Shown piece by piece: positions 15,795 to 24,983 of a stretch of DNA of 64,000 bases (the first letter of the stretch is position 1; each line of letters starts with the position of its first letter). The notes under the pieces were generated by a model. The model was not told where the DNA came from. It saw only the letters and a program-made list of their open reading frames with translations, and made no database searches. This stretch comes from Nitrospinaceae bacterium. Lineage in GTDB: Bacteria > Nitrospinota > Nitrospinia > Nitrospinales > VA-1. The position numbers and the translations under genes were made by a program. The stretch lies in contig JAJDBH010000139.1 of assembly GCA_029261455.1 (NCBI GenBank), forward strand, positions 12,922 to 76,921, read 5' to 3'.

Positions 15795-17540
15795 ATGAAT
15801 CAGTCATCAAAAAAATCAAAATGGGGAATGAATGAGCGCGGATTCACCATGGCCGAATTGCTAATAGGGTCTGCAATCTCATTAATCATGCTTGGCCTCG
15901 TGGCAGGGATCATTTCTTCGCAAAAGAATACTTTCTCACGGCAGAGCCAGTTAGGCCAAATGCAGGCCAACGGTAGAGCTTCTGTTGACTTTATAACCCG
16001 TAGCGTCCAGAACGCAGGCTACAACGTCACCCGAGGCAAAAGATTTCTCGCCGCATCCGACCATTACATCACCATGGTTTTTGATGACGACAATGACGGC
16101 ACAATTCAAAATGATGAAGTCATGACTTATGCCGTCTCGAATCCCGACAACTCTACCCTCAGCCCCCCCTTCTCGATCAACCCCTATTTTGATGACGATG
16201 GAGATGGTGAGGTAGACAGCACAGAAACACGGCCCTACTCAATTTCTCTAGGCTTGGAAAATCCTCCATTTCACTTTTATCGCATCACTCCTGATCAAGG
16301 GACTTCAGATGTCACAAAAAGTAAAGTGGCTCGCAATATCGACAACTTGATCATCCGCTATTGGGATAAAAATGGGGACCCTCTGCCAATAGACGTCGCC
16401 ACTGATGCTGACGAAAATCCGGTTCCGCCTTACACCCTTTTAGCCAGCGAATTAAATGAGATTAGAAAGGTGACTATTGAAGTCGTTACAAGGTCCAAGG
16501 ATGAAGACCCCAACGAAAACTACGTGAACAGCGGCACGTATTATACGGGCAGTGTTGCTACTGCAGGAGGCACAACTGCTTATAGCGACCGCTACCATCG
16601 TGAAACTTACACAGCAGTCACCTCCCCAAGAAACCTGGTCACCGCTCCTTGGGGAAAAATCAATTTAGTGGCTAATCCCACACCGGTCAATTGCCCGGAC
16701 ACTTCGACCACCATTACTGCGAGCGTTCTGGATTCAGAAGGAACTGGCATTGACGGTTTGAACGTCAACTTTAACACCAGTGATGGCACAGTAAGCCCGA
16801 CGATCTCGAGTCCTACAAGTAGCGCAGGAGAAACAACCACAACCTTAACTTATGACTGGTCATCACCCAGCGTTACGGCGACTCTTTCCGCCAACACGCT
16901 AATTGATGTGGATGGAGAAGAATACCCGGTATTCAGTGCTATTCCAGTGTCTTTTGAATCGGGGACCGGTATTTTTCAAGATAACTTTGAAAGTGGAAAT
17001 AGCGATGACTGGACCGAAGGAGGTACTGCCAACTGGAATGTTGCAGCGGGTCAATACAAAACGGCCTCCAACGGATTTGCTTTCTCCCGCAATGGATGTG
17101 CAGCCTGGCAGGATTATGTAGCCCAGGTAGATATCAAGCGCAATGGTTCATTAGGCTCGTCGGGTGAATATGTAAGCCTTGTTCTAAGATATCAAAATGA
17201 CAACCAATATTACATGGCAAAAATATCCTGTTCAAGCAACTGCAGCGGAGGTAATCCAAACGATGACTTGTATGTTTTGGAACTGGTAAGTTATGACAGT
17301 GGTGAAACCACTCTGATCAGTTCCTCCACTTTTACTTTTACCAATAATACGTACTATACCCTTATGGCCAGTGCCAACGGAGATGAACTCAAGGCTAAGT
17401 TCTGGGTAGCAGGCACAGCTGAACCTGCCGCCTGGGACATTACTATAACTAACACTGACTATTCCCAGGGAGAAATTGCTTTGACCACAATAACAAGCAC
17501 CACAACCTTTGATGAGGTAGTCGTCACCCCGGCTTCATGA
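15795..17540 (+). CDS. PilW-like minor pilin fused to Ig-like and LamG/lectin-like C-terminal domains (581 aa)
   Basis: NERG|FTMAELLIGSAISLIMLGLV. An Ig-like segment (TTITASVLDSEGTGIDGLNVNFNTSDGTVSP) lies at about 16675-16895. A jelly-roll-like C-terminus (FQDNFESGNSDDWTEGG..WQDY..LVLRYQNDNQYYMAKI..FDEVVV) lies at about 16968-17537. Confidence 0.7.
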   Translation: MNQSSKKSKWGMNERGFTMAELLIGSAISLIMLGLVAGIISSQKNTFSRQSQLGQMQANGRASVDFITRSVQNAGYNVTRGKRFLAASDHYITMVFDDDNDGTIQNDEVMTYAVSNPDNSTLSPPFSINPYFDDDGDGEVDSTETRPYSISLGLENPPFHFYRITPDQGTSDVTKSKVARNIDNLIIRYWDKNGDPLPIDVATDADENPVPPYTLLASELNEIRKVTIEVVTRSKDEDPNENYVNSGTYYTGSVATAGGTTAYSDRYHRETYTAVTSPRNLVTAPWGKINLVANPTPVNCPDTSTTITASVLDSEGTGIDGLNVNFNTSDGTVSPTISSPTSSAGETTTTLTYDWSSPSVTATLSANTLIDVDGEEYPVFSAIPVSFESGTGIFQDNFESGNSDDWTEGGTANWNVAAGQYKTASNGFAFSRNGCAAWQDYVAQVDIKRNGSLGSSGEYVSLVLRYQNDNQYYMAKISCSSNCSGGNPNDDLYVLELVSYDSGETTLISSSTFTFTNNTYYTLMASANGDELKAKFWVAGTAEPAAWDITITNTDYSQGEIALTTITSTTTFDEVVVTPAS

Positions 17541-17619
17541 CGACTAACAAACACCACAACCATTAAGAATGTAGTCTTCTCCCCAACCGAGAAAAGGAAA
17601 CGCTCTATCAGTCCTTTTA

Positions 17620-17647
17620 GCGCAACCCCCTTTTGTGGGGGTTGCGC
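17620..17647 (+). terminator. Perfect 11-bp-stem hairpin between the two pilin modules
   Basis: GCGCAACCCCC-TTTTGT-GGGGGTTGCGC, followed within 8 nt by CTTTTTCC. Confidence 0.6.
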
Positions 17648-17711
17648 GACAAACTTTTTCCTCCATACTTATAAGGTCATAGCTAGACACAATTAATCTA
17701 GAGATCTAATA

Positions 17712-18149
17712 ATGAACCCCTTAAAAAATAATTCCGGTTTTAGTCTCGTTGAAGTTCTCATTGCGGCTCTGATCATTGTGGCAGGTCTGATTGCTTACGT
17801 TATGACATCGGGAAATGTTATTGGTAAAAATGCGCAAAGTAAAAAAGAGTCCGTAGCTGTAACTCTGGCTCAGGACAAAATGGAGTCTATAAGAAATACT
17901 GCTTTAACTGTTTCTTTATCAGGGGCAGATACATTGGCCTCTCCGACTGAATCTGGAGGAGTCTGGACTGCCAACGCTGGAGGAGAGGTGGTTGATGTGG
18001 ATGGGAATACAGGAACTACAGAAGCTATTTATACTCGTTCATGGACGATTACTGAAGATGCCACATTGACGAATTTTCACACTGTATCTGTATCGGTTTT
18101 ATGGGACAGCAATCAAACGATCAGTCTGGATACTCTGATTTCTCAATAA
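17712..18149 (+). CDS. PilV-like minor pilin
   Basis: MNPLKNNSG|FSLVEVLIAALIIVAGLIAYV. 145 aa. Confidence 0.75.
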   Translation: MNPLKNNSGFSLVEVLIAALIIVAGLIAYVMTSGNVIGKNAQSKKESVAVTLAQDKMESIRNTALTVSLSGADTLASPTESGGVWTANAGGEVVDVDGNTGTTEAIYTRSWTITEDATLTNFHTVSVSVLWDSNQTISLDTLISQ

Positions 18150-18159
18150 TGGTTAACTT

Positions 18160-18933
18160 ATGATATATACCTCTAAAAACTTACAAAATGAGCGTGGGTT
18201 CACCTTGATTGAAATGATGATCGCTGGGGTTCTCGGAGTTCTTATTTTAGGTGCGGCAGTATATGTATTCACTAAGCAAGAGACTGTTTTAAAAACGGAA
18301 AATGCTTCCACCAATATACGGGCCAAAGGGCGCCACGCAATTAAAGTGCTTGTTCAGGAGTTGAAGGAGATTGGATTTGGATTGCCTCCGACAGAAGGAT
18401 TAGTTGCCCCAAGTCCCGTAGCAAACTCTTCAACGATTACCTACCGCGCCAATTTAAGTGATGTGCGTGCTACCACACCTCCAAGCGCAGCAAATGGAGG
18501 AAGCTTAAACGATACAGACATCGATGTTGTTGATGATGGTGACGACTTCAGCGATAACGATAAAATCATTATTTATAATCCAAGCTATGGAGATTCAGAG
18601 CTGAACACAGTGAGTGGAACGCCTACAACCACAAACATTCCCTTGGGAAGTGGTTTAGCAAATAATTACTCCTATGGGGCAAGTTCTAAACTTGTGACCA
18701 TCAATAAATATAATGATGTTGTGATTGATTTAAATGGTACGAATATTAGGAAAACAGTCGACGGAGGAACCCCCATCACCCTTATAGGCGATGTGTCTGA
18801 CCTAACTTTTGATTTTTATGGGGTGACTCAAACGGCTCTAGTTACCACAATAGGAATTACGATCACTTTGCAGGACCCTTCCGATTCAGCTATCACTCAG
18901 GATTTCAACACTGACATTACCTTAAGGAATTAA
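18160..18933 (+). CDS. PilW-like minor pilin
   Basis: NERG|FTLIEMMIAGVLGVLILGAAVYVF. 257 aa. Confidence 0.7.
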   Translation: MIYTSKNLQNERGFTLIEMMIAGVLGVLILGAAVYVFTKQETVLKTENASTNIRAKGRHAIKVLVQELKEIGFGLPPTEGLVAPSPVANSSTITYRANLSDVRATTPPSAANGGSLNDTDIDVVDDGDDFSDNDKIIIYNPSYGDSELNTVSGTPTTTNIPLGSGLANNYSYGASSKLVTINKYNDVVIDLNGTNIRKTVDGGTPITLIGDVSDLTFDFYGVTQTALVTTIGITITLQDPSDSAITQDFNTDITLRN

Positions 18934-20270
18934 TGCATATGCCAAAAGATAATGTGTTTAAAAATTTGAGTTGTCGGAGAACTCTTTTCAGGGCAGGTTA
19001 TCTTTCCAATCAAAATGGCATTGCTCTTGTTACGGGTTTGATTTTTATGCTTCTGATGACACTGCTAATGTTTACAGCTATTAAATACTCTTCATCAGAT
19101 ATCACCCGCACAAAAAATTACACCGAAACCCGTCAGGCAACCTACATAGCCGAAGCAGGAATTCATCGGGCCTTAAACTATTTCAATTATGATGGCTCCG
19201 GTAACAGCCCGGGAGAAGCGAGCAATGGTTTTAATGACGAACTGGACAGCAGCAACTGGCCTGCTGGAACGTTTACCAACATTGCTCTTGGTAGTAATGG
19301 AGGGACTTATTCAGTTGTTATTAGTGACAACTCTGATGGCACAGCTACTACTAGTGATGCTGACAACACAGTTATCCTTACTTCTACCGGAACTATAAGT
19401 GGAGTCACAGCCGTCATCGAAGCGATCATTTATCGGCCTTTGTTTATATCTCAGTATGCCATTTTATCTGAAGGGGATGTCAAGATTGCCGGAAGTTCAA
19501 CAACGATTCAAGGATCAAGCGGATCTGTACACACCAATAGCGATTTCACCCAATCGGGGGGCCCCACAATCAGTGGAGGAGCAAACGCATCAGGGACTTG
19601 TTCAGGGGACCAGTGTGATAGTTCTGGCGCACCCGTTGAGTATGTCCCGGTTCTTGAGCCTTCGGACTATGAACAATATGCGGATTACATATTTAACTCA
19701 GATGGAACTATTGACCAGAGAAATTCCGACTCAAGCATCACAACAGGTGTTGAAGGGAATGTAATATTTTCCAAATTTTCCCATAATAGCCAAGGTTGGT
19801 CCGTGGGCAATAGTTCGACGGTTGGGACTACTATTCCAAATCAGGCCAACCTTTATTTTAAAGACGATTTTAAAGCCACATCTGTTGGCGATTCAACCAC
19901 ACCGTGGGAAGTTACCTTAATCGTAGAAAAAAGTATTTCCTGGACGGGGAACGCATACATTACAAACTGGAAAGATACATCCCTTTCACCGGATCTGCAA
20001 AACCTGTTTTTAATTGCAGGAAATGATATCAAGATGAGTAGCATGGAGCAGGACACCCAGGGCTTGATCGCCTGTAAAGATCAGGCATCCCTTTCTGGTG
20101 GTGCGAACATTGAAGGGTATCTTATCTCAAACAATTTAACCACTTCGGACAACACAGTTAATGGAACAGAGACCGATGGTTCTGGTGGCTTGACCCTTAC
20201 CTATAATGGGGACTTGGCTGCACCAGTATTGAATAATAAAGTGTCTATTCTTTCCTGGCAGCAAACTTAA
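18933..20270 (+). CDS. Large PilX-N-terminal-domain pilus protein (445 aa)
   Basis: NQNGIALVTGLIFMLLMTLLMFTAI...ATYIAEAGIHRALNYF is PilX_N-like with no Glu5. Its start overlaps the upstream stop (TAATG). Confidence 0.65.
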   Translation: MHMPKDNVFKNLSCRRTLFRAGYLSNQNGIALVTGLIFMLLMTLLMFTAIKYSSSDITRTKNYTETRQATYIAEAGIHRALNYFNYDGSGNSPGEASNGFNDELDSSNWPAGTFTNIALGSNGGTYSVVISDNSDGTATTSDADNTVILTSTGTISGVTAVIEAIIYRPLFISQYAILSEGDVKIAGSSTTIQGSSGSVHTNSDFTQSGGPTISGGANASGTCSGDQCDSSGAPVEYVPVLEPSDYEQYADYIFNSDGTIDQRNSDSSITTGVEGNVIFSKFSHNSQGWSVGNSSTVGTTIPNQANLYFKDDFKATSVGDSTTPWEVTLIVEKSISWTGNAYITNWKDTSLSPDLQNLFLIAGNDIKMSSMEQDTQGLIACKDQASLSGGANIEGYLISNNLTTSDNTVNGTETDGSGGLTLTYNGDLAAPVLNNKVSILSWQQT

Positions 20271-20374
20271 AACTGGGTTCATGATGACCCCCTGAATAAC
20301 TCCCACCTGCCCTAGCGGCCCAACAGGGTCGAAAACATCCCATAACTTTCAATATGTTATGCTAAAATTCCAGC

Positions 20375-21475
20375 ATGATTGATCGGCGTTTAACTTCCAA
20401 TTTCAACTGGTTATTTTTTCTGACATGTTTGGGAATTGCTATTCTCGGCGTGGTAACCATATACAGTGCCAATCATGGTCGTCCTGAGGCTTTTTTTCGT
20501 GGCCTCTATATCAAACAAATTTATTGGATAGGCTATGGACTGGTGGCTATGCTCATCGCTTTGACACTGGATTACCGCATGTTCAGCCGTTATGCCTACC
20601 TAATCTATTTTCTTACTCTTCTGGCTCTGGCTTATGTGTTGTTTTATGGAGTTATCGCATCGGGTTCCCGGCGTTGGATCCATATAGGCTCTATCAGCAT
20701 CCAGGTTTCTGAGTTCGCCAAGGTATCGTTAATCATAGCTTTGGCGAAATACTTTGAATCGGGGAAGATGTCGAGTCAATATACTTTGAAAGACCTTATC
20801 ATCCCCACATTGATGACTGCCGCACTGGGAGGTCTCATCGTTGTCCAGCCCGACCTGGGCACCACCATGATGATTTTTTTCATTTTTCTGGTTTTTGTGA
20901 CCGCCATTGAAATGGAACGAATGACTTTGATAAAACTTTTCATGGGTGGGCTCATGCTGGCTCCTACACTTTGGTTCTTCCTGAAGGACTATCAGAAGAC
21001 CCGGCTTTTGACTTTGTTCAATCCTGAACTCGACCCACTTGGTGCGGGCTACCATTCTATCCAATCCAAAATCGCCATCGGGTCAGGCGGGTTCTGGGGA
21101 AAAGGCCTGCTAGCAGGAACGCAAAGTAGGCTCAACTTCCTGCCAGAAAAACATACCGACTTTATTTTTTCAGTCTTCGCAGAGGAAACTGGGTTTTTGG
21201 GCGTGGTTATTCTTCTATCATTATTTCTTTTTATCATTCTTAAAGGTTTAAACATCGCTTTTCGGGCAGCAGACCGGTTTGGTTTTTTTCTTGCTCTTGG
21301 GCTCGTCAGTTCCATCTCTTTTTACATCATTTTCAATGTTGGCATGACCATTGGTCTGTTCCCTATTACCGGTATTCCCCTTCCTTTCCTGAGCTATGGT
21401 GGCTCCTCCCTCATCACCCATTTTTTCGCAGTAGGCCTGCTTCTCAATGTTGAAATGAGAAGATCAATACACTAA
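20375..21475 (+). CDS. rodA: SEDS-family peptidoglycan glycosyltransferase, RodA-like
   Basis: Polytopic membrane protein. QPDLGT, SEFAKV, IGSGGFWGKG, PEKHTDFIF, PLPFLSYGGSS. Confidence 0.85.
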   Translation: MIDRRLTSNFNWLFFLTCLGIAILGVVTIYSANHGRPEAFFRGLYIKQIYWIGYGLVAMLIALTLDYRMFSRYAYLIYFLTLLALAYVLFYGVIASGSRRWIHIGSISIQVSEFAKVSLIIALAKYFESGKMSSQYTLKDLIIPTLMTAALGGLIVVQPDLGTTMMIFFIFLVFVTAIEMERMTLIKLFMGGLMLAPTLWFFLKDYQKTRLLTLFNPELDPLGAGYHSIQSKIAIGSGGFWGKGLLAGTQSRLNFLPEKHTDFIFSVFAEETGFLGVVILLSLFLFIILKGLNIAFRAADRFGFFLALGLVSSISFYIIFNVGMTIGLFPITGIPLPFLSYGGSSLITHFFAVGLLLNVEMRRSIH

Positions 21476-21561
21476 ACAAAAGCGTTCGGCTTTTTTTCTC
21501 AAGGTTTGATCCACTCGGCATGTTATAATTTTTCAATCACCCAAACTGAAATAGGGAACGC

Positions 21562-23088
21562 ATGCCTTCTGAAATACTGATAAATTCCAACCAACGCGAA
21601 ATTCGTGTTGCCCTGATGGAAAACAATCAGGTCACGGAATTATTTATCGAGCACAAAACCAATAAAGGCATTGTTGGAAATATTTACCGAGGTAAGGTCA
21701 CCAAAATTCTCCCCGGAATGCAGGTAGCTTTTGTCGATATCGGGATGGAAAAAGCCGGTTTTCTGTATGTCGGAGATATCGACGTTGTCGATATGCTCGG
21801 ACTCGAAGACGAGATGGACCCGCCTCCCCTGGCGGATGAAACAGAAGAGCCCTTTGCAGGAAAACCCGGTCGCCCCAATCACGGAATTCGCATTCAAGAT
21901 ATCTTACAGGAAGGCCAGGAAATTCTGGTACAGGTCGCCAAGAATCCGCTGGGAACCAAGGGTGCCCGCATCACCAATTACATCACTCTTCCCGGACGTT
22001 ATCTGGTCTATATGCCGACAGTCAACCACATCAGCGTTTCTCGGCGCATTGAGGAAGAAGAGGAGAAGGAACGACTGAGAAAACTGCTCGGCGAAATTGG
22101 CAACCCTGGCGAAGGATATATTGTCCGAACCGCCGGGCAGGATGCCATGCGAGCAGACTTCGACTCAGATCTTAAGTTTCTTCACCGCCTTTGGGAAAAT
22201 CTAAAACAGCAATCTGAAGACCTCGGTGCTCCACATTTGGTTTACGAGGATTTGAACCTGATATTTAGATCTATACGAGATCTTTTCACCAAAGATACAG
22301 AGCGGTTGGTGATTGACTCGAAGTCAGATTTCAATAAGTGTTTGGAGTTCTGCAACACATATCTCCCACACTTATCAAATAAGATTGAACAGTATAAAGA
22401 CCCGATGCCGATCTTTGATCACTATGGTATCGAAATAGATATCAATCGGGCTCTGGGCCGGACAATCTGGCTCAAGTCGGGTGGCTATATCACGATCGAC
22501 CAAACCGAAGCCCTGGTCGCCATTGATGTCAACACCGGGAAATATGTTGGGCACAGTGATCCTGAAGATACCATTCTGAAAACTAACCTCGAAGCGGTTA
22601 AGGAAACTGTCTACCAACTTCGCCTTAGAAACATCGGTGGCATCATCATCGTGGATTTCATTGACATGGCTAAAGAAGAAAGTAAGGAAATGGTTTCCAA
22701 TGCACTCAAACAAGCACTGAAACCAGACCGCTCTCGAACTCGCATCCTTAAAATTTCCGAGCTCGGACTGGTGGAAATGACCCGAAAGCGCGTACGCGAA
22801 AGCCTGGCGCAAACTCTTTGTGATCCCTGCGATTACTGTGAAGGAAAAGGGTATATCAAGGGCACTTCAACCGTCTGTTACGAAATCATCCGGGAAATCC
22901 AAAGACTAGGAACCGATAACATCACAAAAAAGAAAATCGATATCGAAATGCATCCAACGGTTTATGACATGCTGTTCGAGGAAGAGAGCAGTTTCCTTGA
23001 AGAAATAGAAAAGCAGAACAATATAGAAATCACATTTCAAGTAAACCCAAAACTACATCGAGAAAAATATAAGATTGTGGGATCTTGA
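21562..23088 (+). CDS. rng: Ribonuclease G/E family (Rne/Rng)
   Basis: S1 domain (GNIYRGKVTKILPGMQVAFVDIG), then AIDVNTGKY and a CPxCxGxG zinc link (CDPCDYCEGKG). Confidence 0.85.
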   Translation: MPSEILINSNQREIRVALMENNQVTELFIEHKTNKGIVGNIYRGKVTKILPGMQVAFVDIGMEKAGFLYVGDIDVVDMLGLEDEMDPPPLADETEEPFAGKPGRPNHGIRIQDILQEGQEILVQVAKNPLGTKGARITNYITLPGRYLVYMPTVNHISVSRRIEEEEEKERLRKLLGEIGNPGEGYIVRTAGQDAMRADFDSDLKFLHRLWENLKQQSEDLGAPHLVYEDLNLIFRSIRDLFTKDTERLVIDSKSDFNKCLEFCNTYLPHLSNKIEQYKDPMPIFDHYGIEIDINRALGRTIWLKSGGYITIDQTEALVAIDVNTGKYVGHSDPEDTILKTNLEAVKETVYQLRLRNIGGIIIVDFIDMAKEESKEMVSNALKQALKPDRSRTRILKISELGLVEMTRKRVRESLAQTLCDPCDYCEGKGYIKGTSTVCYEIIREIQRLGTDNITKKKIDIEMHPTVYDMLFEEESSFLEEIEKQNNIEITFQVNPKLHREKYKIVGS

Positions 23089-23102
23089 TGAGGACTTAGA
23101 AA

Positions 23103-23420
23103 GTGAAAATAAAAAGCGCACGCATATTGAATATTATTCTCTTGAGCAGCATGTTTTTTATTTACGGTTGTGGTAGCACAGGAAAAAATTTCAAAGAGTC
23201 CCTTTATAAAAATATCATTGCAGGAACAACGACCCATAAAGAAATTCACGCAATGTTTGGACCTCCTTTTAAGAAAGGTGTTCAAAACGGCTATAAGGTT
23301 TGGACTTATGAATATAATGCCTACAACTCGCTGGGCAACGATATCACCAAAGACATGGTCATAGTTTTTACTCCGAGTGGTGTTGTGAAGTCCCATCAAA
23401 TGATGACAAATCAGCCTTAA
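23103..23420 (+). CDS. Small lipoprotein, BamE/SmpA-OmlA-like
   Basis: Lipobox FIYGC. GTTTHKEIHAMFGPP..GYKVWTYEY resembles the SmpA_OmlA fold signature. GTG start. Confidence 0.5.
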   Translation: MKIKSARILNIILLSSMFFIYGCGSTGKNFKESLYKNIIAGTTTHKEIHAMFGPPFKKGVQNGYKVWTYEYNAYNSLGNDITKDMVIVFTPSGVVKSHQMMTNQP

Positions 23421-23541
23421 ACAAATAAAGATAAACGGAACATAGAATCTCTCTTTCCTCGCCGTTGTCTTCCTACATACAACCCATGACTCTTTTTAGC
23501 TCCACGCGCGCACTCTCAATTATCCCAATAGTGGCAACAGA

Positions 23542-24966
23542 ATGTTAGGTTTCAGCAAAATCCAATGGAACACTCTACACCTGACCTGGGTGGCATTTTT
23601 CCTGACCTTTGTGGCCTGGTTCAATATGGCCCCCTTCAACACCACAATCATGCATGCCTTGAGCCTGTCTTCTGCCGAGATCAATGTGTTGATGATTTGC
23701 AATGTGGCTCTGACCATTCCCGCCAGAATCATTATAGGTTTCTGGGTTGATCAGTACGGCCCGCAAAAAGTGTTCAGCGGACTATTAATTTTTTCTGCAC
23801 TGGTGTGTTTTGGTTTCGCCCTCGCGCAGGACTTCAAAGCATTGCTGATCACTCGCTTATTAATGGGTATAGTCGGTGGCGGCTTCGTAGTGGGAATAAA
23901 AATGATCGCAGAGTGGTTCCCTCATGAAAAAATGGGGACTGCCCAGGGTATTTATGCAGGTTGGGGTAATTTTGGCTCAGCATTTGCGGCATTTTCTCTT
24001 CCACTGATTGCCATTCTATTTACTGAAGAGTCTGGGTGGCGGGTAGCAACAGGTCTTTCAGGACTTGCTTGTCTTATCTGGGCAGGAGTTTATTACAAGT
24101 TTTGTCCCGATGCTCCGGGTAAAGGCCGGGATTTTTTAGTCGATCTGCATGGTGTGATTGAGGTGTCTTCGCGCCGAGACCTTATCCTGCAAATCCTGCT
24201 TTTGTTACCCGTATATGGGGCTCTATCTCTACTCATCTGGAAACTTTCCCATCACCCATTTTCCTTGATTTCTAATTCCCTTTCCATAGCTCTGATTCTT
24301 GGCTTGGTATTTCTCTTTTTCCTAAACGCGTTGCGATGTTGGAAAGTCAATATTCTTCGAATGCAACACCCAGTTCCTGAAGAAGATAAATATGAGTTCA
24401 AGCAGATCGCTATATTGAGTTTGGTTTATTCTCTGACTTTTGGTTCTGAATTGGCAGTGGTTTCAATGTTTCCTCAGTTTTTAGAAACTACTTTTTCAAT
24501 CTCTGTAGGCTTAGCAGGAATGCTGGGAGCCAGTTACGCCTTCATGAATCTGGTGGCTCGACCTGGAGGAGGCTGGATTTCTGATCGATTTGGCCGTCGG
24601 AGAACCCTTTTCATCATGGTCTTTGGAGGAATGGCGAGCCATTGGTTGATGGGTGAAATAGATTCTAGTTGGCAAATTTCTAGTGTTATAACTCTTGCTA
24701 TAGTGGGGTCCATTTTCTTAAAAGCGGGAAATGGAGCGTGTTTTGCCGTAATACCCTTGATTTCCAAACCCATTACCGGAAAACTTGCCGGACTCGCAGG
24801 GGCTTATGGCAGTGTCGGGGCAGTAATTTTTCTCACCCTCTTCAGCTTCATATCCCCGCAGACGTTTTTTAAAGTCATCGCTGGCTACGCTTTTCTGGTA
24901 TTCTTGTGCCTGTTTTTTTTAAAACCCTTCCGGGTCATGCCCCGAGGGAATAAGTCAAAAATTTAA
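23542..24966 (+). CDS. narK: MFS nitrate/nitrite transporter (NarK/NNP family)
   Basis: About 12 TM segments. AFFLTFVAWFNMAPF, and the NNP-type signature GGGWISDRFGRR plus GNGACFA. Confidence 0.75.
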   Translation: MLGFSKIQWNTLHLTWVAFFLTFVAWFNMAPFNTTIMHALSLSSAEINVLMICNVALTIPARIIIGFWVDQYGPQKVFSGLLIFSALVCFGFALAQDFKALLITRLLMGIVGGGFVVGIKMIAEWFPHEKMGTAQGIYAGWGNFGSAFAAFSLPLIAILFTEESGWRVATGLSGLACLIWAGVYYKFCPDAPGKGRDFLVDLHGVIEVSSRRDLILQILLLLPVYGALSLLIWKLSHHPFSLISNSLSIALILGLVFLFFLNALRCWKVNILRMQHPVPEEDKYEFKQIAILSLVYSLTFGSELAVVSMFPQFLETTFSISVGLAGMLGASYAFMNLVARPGGGWISDRFGRRRTLFIMVFGGMASHWLMGEIDSSWQISSVITLAIVGSIFLKAGNGACFAVIPLISKPITGKLAGLAGAYGSVGAVIFLTLFSFISPQTFFKVIAGYAFLVFLCLFFLKPFRVMPRGNKSKI

Positions 24967-24983
24967 AAAGGAATTAAAGTTCT

